A stretch of DNA of 63,985 nt, counting the filler, from Phoronis australis (Eukaryota > Animalia > Phoronida): the NCBI GenBank assembly GCA_002633005.1. It is 8 parts of 8 records of this genome, joined end to end, with 100 filler letters (N's around TTAATTAATTAA, not from the genome) between each part and the next. Parts side by side here need not be neighbours in the genome. Positions count along the whole stretch, not along the records: positions 36,645 to 49,581 come from NMRA01001611.1; 7 more parts are not named here. The stretch is one strand, 5' to 3'. Both the position numbers and the translations under genes were made by a program. Shown here piece by piece: positions 36,645-47,795 of the stretch. Every line of letters begins with the position of its first letter. Position 1 is the stretch's first letter. The notes under the pieces were generated by a model. The model worked only from the letters and a program-made list of their open reading frames with translations, ran no database searches and was not told the origin of the DNA.

Positions 36645-36832
36645 ATAATACCAAATGGGTATTGGCCGATTGCCTACCAACTGGGTCGAGCAAAGCGCCA
36701 AATTCAATAACAAATACCAAGTGGGTACAAACTGCCAAATGGGCTATAATAACCTGCAAAGCAGGTTCCGGACAAGCTGAGTGAGCAGACCAGCCGGAGT
36801 GATAAAAATAGATATTGTAAGGAACGTGGTGT
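36645..36832 (+). repeat. Unclassified interspersed repeat; inverted copy at about 39038-39247
   Basis: Both copies share GACAAGCTGAGTGAGCAGACCAGCCGGAGTGATAAAAA...GATATTGTAAGGAACGTGGTGT and flanking blocks. Confidence 0.85.
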
Positions 36833-36942
36833 TGTGGCTCAGTATGTGCCGAGAGATGTGATCGCATTTGATTTGTTTATGTGTGAAACTATTTTTAGAG
36901 CTTTCTTAAGAAGGTCTTAAAACAGTTTTAAGTTTTGTGTCT

Positions 36943-37700
36943 GAGGTCCTAAAGTTGTGAGTGCCCTAAAGTCGTGAACCATCTTATTTCCTCTTGTGCG
37001 CGGTCCCACGACATCTAGCGTTGAAGTTTCCAGCGTTCGTCTGCTTACGAACGTCAAACGAGTACCCGGAAATGTTGATATTCACAATATGATAATAAGC
37101 AGTGAGTGAGTGACTTTTTCAAATGTATCTTAAAACAGCATATTTCACAAATCCATTTCTTGTGCATTTTCAGAATATATTTTCGAAAATATACACCGCT
37201 CAGATTTCCTCAAACACGCGCTCCAGGGGTAGCATGAACAATGTATCAAAATGTCCCAGTGTCGATCAAGTTTTGTAAAGCCAAAGCAATAAAATACAGT
37301 GAGATTGAAGCTGGGTTCTTAACGTTTTACGTTAACGTCCTCATTGAAAACGTCTGCCGCATATCTGAATTGGGTGCAAAACACATAACTGAATTAATAA
37401 AAAATGCAATGCATATTTATGTCGTTTAGAGTAACTGTAAGCACTGTGTGGCCTTACTTCGTGCATTTTCGTCTAAACGAAACGGTCACGACTTTAGGGC
37501 CTCATTCAAAATGGCCGGCGATATGAGGGACAGCTTCCAAACTCTGTTTACGGAGACAAACACGGGTTAAGACTAGAAAAACACATATATTTGTGAAGGC
37601 TGATAAATGTCCATAACACCACATGAGCAGTTGCTGACGGACATTGGGTAGTATGACAATCAGCTATTTTTATGCTTATATTCACGACTTTAGGTCACCG
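36943..37700. mobile_element. Degenerate DNA-transposon/MITE remnant with CCTAAAGTCGTGA subterminal inverted repeats
   Basis: CCTAAAGTYGTGA at about 36948 and 36965; reverse complement TCACGACTTTAGG at about 37486 and 37682. Confidence 0.55.
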
Positions 37701-38082
37701 GAGTCTATGTTTTCAATCGTAGCTAGCTGGATAAGAATGTGCTATGCACAAGATTTGAGAATAAGCAATAATCAGTGTATTTAAAAACAAAATGGCAAAC
37801 TGAACAACCACACATATACAACGGAACAACATTATTTGTTAAAAACAATTGTAATTTTACCAACGCAAGGGCTGAATTTCTGAATTGAGAGGTTTAATTC
37901 CCTGAAGGACTGCTTTTCACTTTGTCGATAGGTAAAATAGACGGTAAAGCGGCTGGTTTCAGTCATTTTCTCTCACCTGTAACAGAAGACAAAACTATTT
38001 TCGTAAGGCAGAACTGATTTGACATTTCATCTTCATGTTTATATGTAGAAACTAATAATCTTTGTACCCAAGTCTTATTTGA

Positions 38083-38845
38083 GTGCTTGTCCACGACAGA
38101 ACCAGCCGTCCAGCGGCAAGATGGGGGTCAGACGGTTTTCACCAAATTTGACACATAGGTAGTCCTATGAGATCTGTAAACAGTGGTAAAATATTTCCAC
38201 AAAATATTACGTTCTACCAATGTTATAGGCTCAAACACTTTTTACGGCTTCGCAGCCATGTTTTCACGCTGTAAAAACTGTCCAACTTTAACTGTTTAAA
38301 TTTTTCCTTGAATGAAAGCTATTGAACTGTTATTCACTTGGCATTGTTAAGTGGTGCCTGTAGATTGTTACACAAATGTCTTGAAAAAAAGATTCGATTT
38401 ACCACTCCCATTTAGTAGTTTTGCTACACTGTCCCCCGTTATGTTCAATACGTTGTTATACCAAATCTGCCCCCACTGCTATGAGACTGAAACTTGGCCA
38501 AAATGTTGAAAAAACATGTTGCTTTCATTGCATAAAATAAAAACTTTGTCAGCCAGTTTATTGCTTATACATTTTGGCACCTCAAACAGTACTAAAATGA
38601 GAAATTTTCAAATATCTGAGACCGTTGCGTGAGCACTTAAAATCAGATTGTCCTTAATGTTTTTCGATATTTTGCAACGAGTTTGTTCCTCCTGAATGTT
38701 TTGAATATTTTACTACTCACCACCCAGCATTATAGTACTCCTAGATATCATATATTGCTCATTTTTATATATTTTTATGTCCTCCCCACTCAACAGGGTT
38801 AGACATGAACTCGACAAATGTAGGTTATTTTCATTTACAGTTGTT
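38083..38845 (+). repeat. Interspersed repeat (probable non-autonomous DNA element), homologous to 61082-61865
   Basis: Collinear similarity over about 760 bp, from GTCCACGA..AGCGGCAAG.TGGGGGTCAG to GACATGAACTCGACAAATGTA. Confidence 0.85.
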
Positions 38846-39246
38846 ATGCCTTGCAGTTTCCTCATGGGTATTTCTTCACACCTACTCAAGTCAGATTTTC
38901 AGTTGATCAAATGTTCATGCAATGCATTATAATATCAAATGAATGATAAGTTTAGTGGCATGGCCACAATTTTTCATACGACTTAAAACAAAAGGCCGCG
39001 GAAAATTTCCTGACAAAATACCGGGTTTGCAGTTCACACACCACGTTCCTTACAATATCTTTTTATCACTCCGGCTGGTCTGCTCACTCAGCTTGTCTGG
39101 AGCCTGCTTTGCAGGCTGTTATAGCCCAGTTGGCTGTTTGATGTACCCACTTGGTACTTTATTATATGATATTTGCCCATTTGGCAGTTGTACCCATTTG
39201 GTACTTGTTATTGAATTTGCCGTTTTGCTCGACCCAGTTGGTAGGC

Positions 39247-39400
39247 ATGGTGCGAGAATTTTCTACTTCCAATCCACACTACTTTTGTCTTAGAATAGTT
39301 TATCTTCAGCCCCGACATCCCTGCATAGAACTCTAGGTTATTCATAAGTGCTGCCAGGGATCTTGGAGTACCGTCTAACATGAAAGTTGTGTCATCAGAC
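39247..39400 (-). mobile_element. L1/Tx1-type reverse transcriptase fragment
   Basis: SDDTTFMLDG...LMNNLEFYAGMSGLKINYSKTKVVWIGSRK is a decayed YADD motif followed by the SGLKIN..KT motif. Confidence 0.85.
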
Positions 39401-40029
39401 TTGTAAACTACAAAATATGTTTTCAAAATACACTACAATACAAAGATAACTGCACAGTCAAATGTTATGATTCTAATAAAAAACCGCCTTCTACATCTTT
39501 TCAACCCTCCAATTGCTACAGGATAGAGTCAACTACACAAAGCCCATAAAGTAAGGGAATTACATTTAAGATAATGTAGTCTCACTGCGAAAAAAGGATT
39601 TCGCAATGTCGCTGGCAACACAGCAAAATTTCTTCTTCATCACCTTGAAGTAGCTGTGGGTACCACATCAATGTTCGTATCAAAAATAACCACCACAAGA
39701 TGAAAAATTGGCTTGTCGGTTACAATTAATCAGCATTTTTGCTATGAAATGGTCATGGAAAAAGTACTTTTACAACATGGTAGGCATTATAATTGCGGTG
39801 CGATTACAGTTGTACATACATACTAGATCAGTTACAAAATTACTCATGGGAATCATAAAAGGGTCAACTCATCAAAAACCAGAGCTAATGTGCCAACACT
39901 TTTTAGTACTGCAACAAAAAATCATTTGAAGTGGACATAAACCCGCCTACTATTACATAAAATAACTTTTGATTTAGACAACTTACCATCATGGAATAGG
40001 TATTATTTCCTGGTCACTTTTGAGCGGTT

Positions 40030-41164
40030 TTAGAATTTCGAAAGAACTGGCAATACACATTTGTTAGAGACCGGGCTTTATAAGATGGCTTGTTTATTAG
40101 TGTGTGATTTTATGCACACAGAATGGTCTCCAGGAATAGCAAACTGTCAATTCGCTGCAATCCCAGAAATCTCTTACCATCTGCATAAGGAACAAATTGA
40201 GAAAAGTTCATAGAGGTACATGGTGTTAACCAAAACTTTACCTCCTGGACGGAATGCTTTACAACCCAGGCTGAAAGGTAAGTGAACAAAACCAGCCTAA
40301 CTGCAACAAGGGCGCAAATGTCACTTATAAATACTCATTTACAAACAAAAATCTATAATGGTAAATAAAATGCGGAAACATAAATTCAGATCAATTTCAC
40401 ACTTTCAAGGAAAAGAAGCAGTACAGTGGTCAGAAATCACATAACAAACGTCTGAATGTGCTGGCCACACTGGCTGAGAAATCCTATCAGACCAAAAATT
40501 CCAGGGGCTAAACAAAAAGAATAATGTACCCATTACCATGTGGCTGCACCAACATAATCCACTGGCCCAGGATCATGATCGGTGGCTGGACAAAAATTCA
40601 ATACAGGTAAATTTTGATTTGTCCTGTTCACACAGCTGTTCTGGTGCAAACAAAGCTTGCAACAATACACAGGCCTACTCCCCTACACAGCTGTGCTGAC
40701 ATAATGAAACCACCACTAGATTTAGCAGATCTGCCAGAGTATTTACAGGTCCAGCCACTGTACTGTTTCCTCTCTTTGAATTTTTACAATGCTACATCCT
40801 TGACAATCTTAAATCACAGATTGTCTCTTTCCAATTCATACTCCACTTCCTCTGTCATATCTCCTATACCCAACTGTTCCAGTTTCCCCACAGTTGCTGA
40901 GGGTGGCCTATCTCAAAAAAATTACGTTGGACCTGTTGTGGTATAAGCCAGTAATCTTTGCCAAATACTTTTTCCCCGACTCGTTCCTCACATCTTCTGG
41001 GAGTAGACTTTTCAGCCTCTCTCTAGCCCTTCACTTAGTTTTCCAGAAAGGTACCTTCTTGCTGGTTTTGAACTTTTCCATACCCAACCTTTACTAATAA
41101 TCGGCAGGTTTCCAACTTCAGCAGAAGCCACTTCTTCAGCATAAGCCTTACTTTTCCTGATTCC
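40030..41164 (-). pseudogene. Decayed spliced coding sequence with a possible PHD-like Cys/His remnant; probably transposon-derived
   Basis: AG..GT-bounded segments splice in phase (TDHDPGPVDYVGAATC-LGCKAFRPG-VLSKF*). The large segment 40678-41164 has protein-like text broken by stops and frameshifts, ending in WTCK...WFHY...C.G-like residues. Confidence 0.3.
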
Positions 41165-42494
41165 TAAAATTGTATTAATGAAAAAATTAAACATATTAAA
41201 CTTAATGTGGCCATTTCGGCTCAGAAAATATGAATACCAAGCACTAGTTGCCGTAGCAGTGTTTATCTAATATGACGCCCTCATTCAGCAATTGGAATAT
41301 AAAAAGCGCTAGATGTCACTTCATCGTCAGTCTAGCTACAAGAGAAGTCCAGTCATGCCTCAGTTCACAACTGATTATCTGGAAATTTACTAACTCTCCT
41401 TTGAAGGGTCAAACTTGAAAAATGTCTTCTTGATTAAAACTGCTTATATTCAAGCCGTGTAAACCGATCTGTAAAGCACTTGAGATTTTTCGGACCCCTT
41501 TTCCAAAAAAGTCCACATGGGAGTTTTCTCGGTGGGCCTTTTTCGGGAATCTCCGATAGTCGCATTCAACTTTATTTCAGGTTCAGGCGCATGCGCTTAG
41601 TACGTGCAAAACCGATTTGAGCAACAAACGCCTTATTTCGAACACAGGAGCATACATTGTCAGTAGCAAACACAACACCTCCGTCTGCCGTCAGGTGTCA
41701 GGTAATGCAACCGTACGTTTCGTTTTGGAGTAGAACTACTCGATCTAAATTGATACAACTTAGGTTGTTTTTTGGGTGGCAAGCTCCTTTAAGATGAAAG
41801 GCTAAACATCATTAAGCTTGGAAAAAAGCAACAGTTCATTCCACCGTCGTGTGGTCCCAAAACGATGCAGGGAGTGACCTCCTTCAACATGAAAGCACGA
41901 TTTCACAAAAAAAACAGGAAAATAGAGGTAATCGATTCCAACATTGGGCCCTCTCTCCGTGAGCCGCCCCGTAAGAATATGTCAATAAAAACAAAAAAGG
42001 TGGCCACTTGAATGTCATCAATGGCCTCCTAAATATGAAAATATCTATATTTTCAAATATCTGAGGAAATGCGCAGCATTTGATGTTATCTGTCAGGTCA
42101 TCAATTTTTCTCAAGTGATAAACAGTTCCGAGAAAAAATAAAGCGAAAGTTGTCTCCGTTGTCCCTTGCCAGAGAGGGGCCTCTGGAAAAATATAGTTTT
42201 GCAGTCGCAAAATTGACTTATTGAATTTAAACAATCAGTAAATTAGTACGCTCCGCAAAAGCTTCGCTTCACAAATTTTCTCGATTTTTCAAAATATTTG
42301 TGTGCATTTAGACGACCTGTGCTGCAACGACAGTGTCTTGGTCAGGGTCCTCAAAAGGTTAACCATGCACTGATGCAGATTTGTTAAATGTCCTCTTGAA
42401 TTTTGTCTCTTATCCGTTTTTCGAAGTCTTAATTCTTTTCTCGACTGTCCCCGGCACCACGCCTATGTCGGTTACCATGGTTTAACCCAGACGC

Positions 42495-42535
42495 CTGAAA
42501 ATGCCCCCTCCCGGCCCCCGCTTACTACGGCCCTG
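42495..42535 (-). mobile_element. hAT-like terminus (CAGGGCCGTAGTAAGCGGGGG...)
   Basis: Typical CAGGGCCGTA + G-rich hAT MITE end. Partner end not found. Confidence 0.4.
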
Positions 42536-43309
42536 GAACTGTATGCAAATTTTCTGAAACATTCAAATTTCCTGATTGTTGATACTTTTTTATGCATAAT
42601 GCATAAAAAGTTTCATATCTAGCGTGCGAAATTATGTTTCCACGACATTATTTAACGTCTGATTTTACCACGCCTTCAGCAATTCAACATGAAATTTACT
42701 TTGGTGTAATTTCACGCAATTCATATTTGTACATGTAGGTTGATTCGATTTTACCGCCTTTCAATAGTTGAACAAAAGTTGATAAACCGATGTCAAGACC
42801 GGAGTGGTCACTGGTGAACGAACAGCGAACAGTTAAATGTTTGTTTGGCCAAAGTTCAGTCGCTAAGTAATAAAATGGTAATTGCCGACCGAGGACACGC
42901 ATAATCCGAATTGTCGTCTACGCTAGGCGACCACTTTGCCGACCCAAGTGCCGACCGCAGAGGCGACTCAGCAGACGGCTCCAGTAGCAGACCATTGTTG
43001 GTCGGCTGCTGGTCGGCTAGACGGCCGGTCGTCGACCTGTTGTCGACCAATTTCCGACCGGTCGGCAGACTTGCCAAGGGGGTATAACAACTTTGCTGGC
43101 GGTTGGTTGAAATTTTGCTCGAGATTGGAGGAATTTGGTAAAATTTTGCTTGAGGTTCCTGGCGATATCTCCACTAACTATCAAACTTTATGTATCCTAA
43201 AATATAAGACTTAACTAGTCATATTACATTAATAATTTTTTTTTCATGAAAACGATGTTTCATCGTAGAAAACTAGGTTTTTGAAAATTTACGACCAAAA
43301 ATTCATTTT

Positions 43310-43399
43310 GCGTGAGATAGCTTAAGGCTCGCGTGAGTGCGTGAGGCAGTGGCCAAATGCGTGAGACGCACACGAGATGCGTGAGACTTGACACGTCTG
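43310..43399 (-). mobile_element. hAT-like terminus with GCGTGAG subterminal repeats
   Basis: About five GCGTGAG copies ending ...GCGTGAGACTTGACACGTCTG. Confidence 0.45.
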
Positions 43400-43918
43400 C
43401 CGGTCGGACAAAAATTCGTGATGAGCGCTGTAAGTGTGATGACCTATTTTTGTGGCAACCGTGGCTGTCTGTAAACACTCTGCCACTTCCTGTAGGCAAG
43501 GCAAGTTTTAACTGGAAATTTAGGGACCACTCAGACTTTTCAGGTTAGCGAAAAGACGAGCTGGTCGGAACCCATTTTCTTCCCAAATTTTGAGTGATTT
43601 TGCATTTTGAGTGTGTTTTCTGCTGGTGCCTAGTATAGTTGCATGCAAGTCGTGGTTTTGGTGTTGAAAACTGACAATTTTGTGTATTTTGCTCGTTTTT
43701 TGTCATTCTCGGCTGGGTTTGCTGTATACTTTGAATGCAGGCTTTTATAGTGTAGGCAAACGTCATGTATGGTCAGCAGCTGCACGTGTTTCATATTTTG
43801 TGATTTTGTTGTAGAAAAGAAATTAAGCGCTTTCTTTCAATTCACACTGCCTGGGAAGGCCACATATATTGCGCATGCTCGAAAAATGGCGGCAGCCTTT
43901 TAAATTCGCTCCTGTTCA

Positions 43919-44759
43919 ATGGATGATTCTGAGTGGCAAATTGTACGTAAACGTAAACCAAGCAAGGACAGTAGCGAGTTAAGGTCAACTATGAACAGTA
44001 CAGGTGATAAAGGTAGCAAAAAGTCTAATTCTCAACCTACAATTAGTGAAGCTATATCAAGCATGCCGACCTCCCCAGCTCCACGTGATCATCAAGGTGA
44101 GATATCTGAACTCATATTGAAAGAAATCCTAGATCTAAAGTCTGCACAAGATAGGCTTGAGTAGAAAAACGTTTGAATCCAAAATGGATAAAATATGCAA
44201 TGAGATTACAAATTCAATTGATATCAAGCTAAAATCCTTCAAGGCGGATATTGATATGGATTTTGCACGTCTTGAAAACCGCGTCAACGCATTGGAGAAG
44301 CATTACACGCATGGTTCAGATTTAGTCATTCAGAACGACCCTTTGAAAATCAATGACTTGTGTATTATCGCATCAGGCATTGTCAACGCAACCCGACCTT
44401 TACGCGAAGTGATTGAGGAATTGTCTTCAGATGTGACCTTACTGGACTGCACCCGCCTGAATGCTCGACAGGGGGATACTAGACCTCCCTTGGTCAAATT
44501 TGCGGTTGAGTCACTGGCTTAAAAAAATCTAGTGTTGCGGAACAAGCAAAAGTTAAAGGGCACGCCTATATTTCAACGAGTTTTTCTTCGTGGAAGCAAA
44601 TCTCACACGGACAGGTTAATTGAAATCAATTTCAAAACAATCATTGAAACTTTGCCGAACAACAAGGAATTCAAGATCCGCTCAAATGGTCGAATTGTGA
44701 AAGTGGCCACAAGTGAGGAGGCTGACTCGGGAAACAAAACAAGTCGTGATGCAGAATAG
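43919..44759 (+). mobile_element. LINE ORF1 (coiled-coil plus conserved C-terminal region) with one frameshift and one premature stop
   Basis: Three ORF-track pieces join: frameshift at about 44160 and in-frame TAA at 44520. PPLVKF...VLRNKQKL...VFLRGSKSHTDRL...NGR lies directly upstream of an APE ORF. YY1-like AAAATGGCGGC at about 43883. Confidence 0.75.
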
Positions 44760-45451
44760 GACAGCGTTTTGAGGATTTGCGAGGCCAATGTCGGTGGTTG
44801 GACTAGCAACAATTCATTGCTCCGTGAACAATTGCTGTCTTCATTCAACGCCCACATCATAGGGGTGGTAGAAACTCATTTGTATGCAAATAAATCTATT
44901 ACTTTGCCTGGTTATTGTTGGTACGGACATAATAGGCAGCTTATAAACAAGCGGGCCCCAAGAGGTTCAGGTGGGGTGGGAATATTTGTTAAAAATGATT
45001 TGTTTAAAACATTTAAAATCGATATTGTTGACAAGTCGTGTGATGGTATATTAGCTTTAAGACTAACTCATATACGCTCAGACTATTGTATAATTGTATT
45101 TTGTTGCTACTTACCACCTGAGAATTCTTCAAGGGGTTGTGATGCGGATAGTTTCTATAGTCATCTATTATGCCAGTTATATTTACATGCAGAAATAGCA
45201 GATGACGTTGTTATATGTGGAGATTTTAACTCGAGAGTGGGTAACTTGAATGATTACATTCCAGATGTTGATTGTCAAGTAAATAAACGAGTCGTAATTG
45301 ATAAAGCTGTAAATAGTCATGGTAGAAGTTTGATTGATTTTTTGTTAGGGTCTAAAACTTGCATAGTGAATGGTAGGAAAGAGATAAGTAAAGATAACTT
45401 CACCTCAATAAGTCATAGAGGAAGAGCGGTTGTAGATTACTTTATGGTCCC
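44760..45451 (+). mobile_element. LINE ORF2 apurinic-like endonuclease domain (RTEX-like), cut at a contig join
   Basis: NVGG...VVETHL...RGSGGVGIFVK...YLPPENS...CGDFNSR...NSHGRSLIDF...VNGR...FT...GRAVVDY. N at 45452. Confidence 0.92.
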
Positions 45452-45472
45452 NACATCGAGAATGAAATGCAT

Positions 45473-45833
45473 TACCCCCAAGCTCTGCCACTGAGCTACT
45501 GTGTAGATCAACTACCCTCACGCTCTGCCACTGAGCTACAGTGAAGATCCACTACCCTCACGCTCTGCCACTGAGCTACAATGTAGATCCACTACCCTCA
45601 CGCTCTGCCACTGAACTACAGTGTAGATCCACTACCCTCACGCTCTGCCACTGAACTACAGTGTAGATCCACTACCCTCACGCTCTGCCGCTGAGCTACA
45701 CTGTTGATCCACTACCCTCACGCTCTGCCGCTGAGCCACAGTGTAGATCCACTACCCTCACACTCCGCCGCTGAGCTACACTGTTGATCCACTACCCTCA
45801 AGCTCTGCCGCTGAGCTACAGTGCAGACCCACT
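45473..45833 (-). repeat. 40-bp minisatellite (9 copies) derived from a tRNA/SINE head (Pol III A box)
   Basis: Minus-strand unit GTAGCTCAGTGGCAGAGCGTGAGGGTAGTGGATCTACACT. GTAGCTCAGTGG.AGAGC is a tRNA D-arm/A-box. No B box seen. Confidence 0.85.
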
Positions 45834-47046
45834 CGCTTAATGACAAAGTATTTTATGTAAATGTCTGACAGAAAACGTCGAAAATTTGAGATTAATAATT
45901 ATCCGCAATAACACAATTTATTTTGTTGCTTGACATTAAAGATCAGCGTCAAGAACTATCTTATCCGACAATGATCCCAGTCACACCGACCCTTCATTCA
46001 ATACACATGTCTTGTCTATACACGTCAGATATTGAGTTTGTTTTATACTCGTTTGATTTATAAATGATATCTTTCATACTTAGACCACATCACTCAAATA
46101 AAACACAGAGAACTTGAGATACTTATTGCCAAATAGTATCTTGACACAGGTATTTGAAACCGTGTTAAGTGAAGTAATAAAAATTAGAAAATACAGACAT
46201 TGGCTGTGGAAACAAATCCTTAGCTTAGTACTGTAGTAAGCGTGGTGAAAATAAACAAGATTTCTATTGTATAATTATATAATATGTAATGAGTAATAAT
46301 ATATAGTATTGTGCGGCACACTTAGCCCTTTTTGTTATATTCACCCCGCGGTATTCGCTCCTGCAATTTCGCTACATGTTGAAATGGGCACTACATCTAC
46401 ATTGAATTTTGTGGAAACTTTTCATTCATTCCCAATGAACGCCTCCTTTATTCGTTTCACGTATCACCTAAAAGCTGCTCTGTTTGGTAAACTGCGTAAG
46501 TACGCTATTCGGCCATCGTCAATTACGATCAACAGGCAACCGCTGATTAGACTCGTTCGAGAACAAAATATTGTCTTCATTGTATTATCAATCATACGCA
46601 CCTATTTACCAATTCACAAATTACCCGTGGCAGGTTGTTTTAACTTGCATTGTGATTGACAATTGTCTCTGTCGTTAGGCGATCGTGAATGGATGTCAAG
46701 GCAATCCTGATTGGCCAATTAAATCGTCTTATTTTTCATTCCATTCCATTTCAATTGTAAAAATAGTTCTTAAAGGTTCGACTTGGGCATCAGTTTTGGA
46801 AAACCAGCGTTATCATTCAGCACCTAGATTAATCACAATCGAGTAACAGGACAAAACTGCCAAAGGGTCGCGTTGTTTGAAAAGACTGGCGGTGAAAGGT
46901 AGACATGTATATCGAATTAGGCATCGGGACATTATATAATTTTAAAAGAAACTAGGTTGCACGCACACGTAATTGTCGAAGTGTGCACCGCATTCGTATT
47001 CATTGCGAAAACAGATGGACTCGGTGTATGCGTAAGGACGATTAAG

Positions 47047-47258
47047 ATGGCGACCGGATGTCTTGGAAACGCTAGAGTCTACATCAAATGTACGATAACA
47101 CGGCTTCTGTTGATGCTTCACTTACTGTTGCTGGTGTGGAGAGTCTGGGAGACGTATAGCCGGGAATACTGGTATTTCGCATTAGCAGGACCTCTGGTGT
47201 TCATGTTGATTGAACTAGCTGTAGTGTTGCACAAGCGAAATGGACAAGAATGGAGAAG
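47047..47258 (+). CDS. TMEM26: TMEM26-like protein, first coding exon
   Basis: MATG...TITRLLLMLHLLLLVWRV...YWYFAL...IE...KRNGQEWR|GTAAGG resembles the TMEM26 N-terminus (TRLLFLLH..VWRV..YW). Confidence 0.88.
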
Positions 47259-47653
47259 GTAAGGAGACCCGGCGGTCGAAAAGTGTTCAAGAACTTTTTG
47301 TAAAGAAAAGTTGGCTGTTTGCTCTTATGCAGGGTTAAATGTTTATTTGGAATACTAATATTCTTCAAGGGAAAGAATAATATTTTTCTCAAGTTCAGAG
47401 ATTCAACGTTACTGTCAGCATTCAACCACTTGACAGAATCCCAGAATTCCGTTGTTGTCATGACAATAACTTTCCGATTGCTCCGTCCTTTTTCTTCAAT
47501 CATTAATCTTTCAAAAGTGGATAAGAACGACCAGGAAACTGAATTTTCAGACGATTGATGTATCAATATTGAAGCACATAATCTGCTGATGAATTTTGAT
47601 TCCTCTGTGTTGTTAAAATGATATTTCGTAAGTTAAAGTTCCGTTAATTCCAG

Positions 47654-47795
47654 GTTCTGTCCATCTTTCTTCCTGTATCTTATGTCGGCTATTCCGTCTG
47701 TTTGGTTCATAGAACTAAACCGTCTGGAGGCAATCCGCCAAGACCGTGCTGCAGTGGATAACTCTACAAGTACTGCCCAACTGGACTTCAGTGGT
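47654..47795 (+). CDS. TMEM26: TMEM26-like protein, second coding exon
   Basis: TTCCAG|G TTC TGT CCA... gives (R)FCPSFFLYLMSAIPSVWFIEL, matching TMEM26 FSPAIFLYL..IVPSLWLLEL. Donor GTAAGT. Phase consistent with exon 1. Confidence 0.9.

Noticed and set aside
42850-43080. GC-rich overlapping ORFs
   Set aside because: Explained by GCCGACC/GGTCGGC subterminal repeats of a probable transposon end. No coding signal.
45473-45833. tRNA gene cluster
   Set aside because: Only the D-arm/A-box portion is present. No anticodon arm, T arm or B box.
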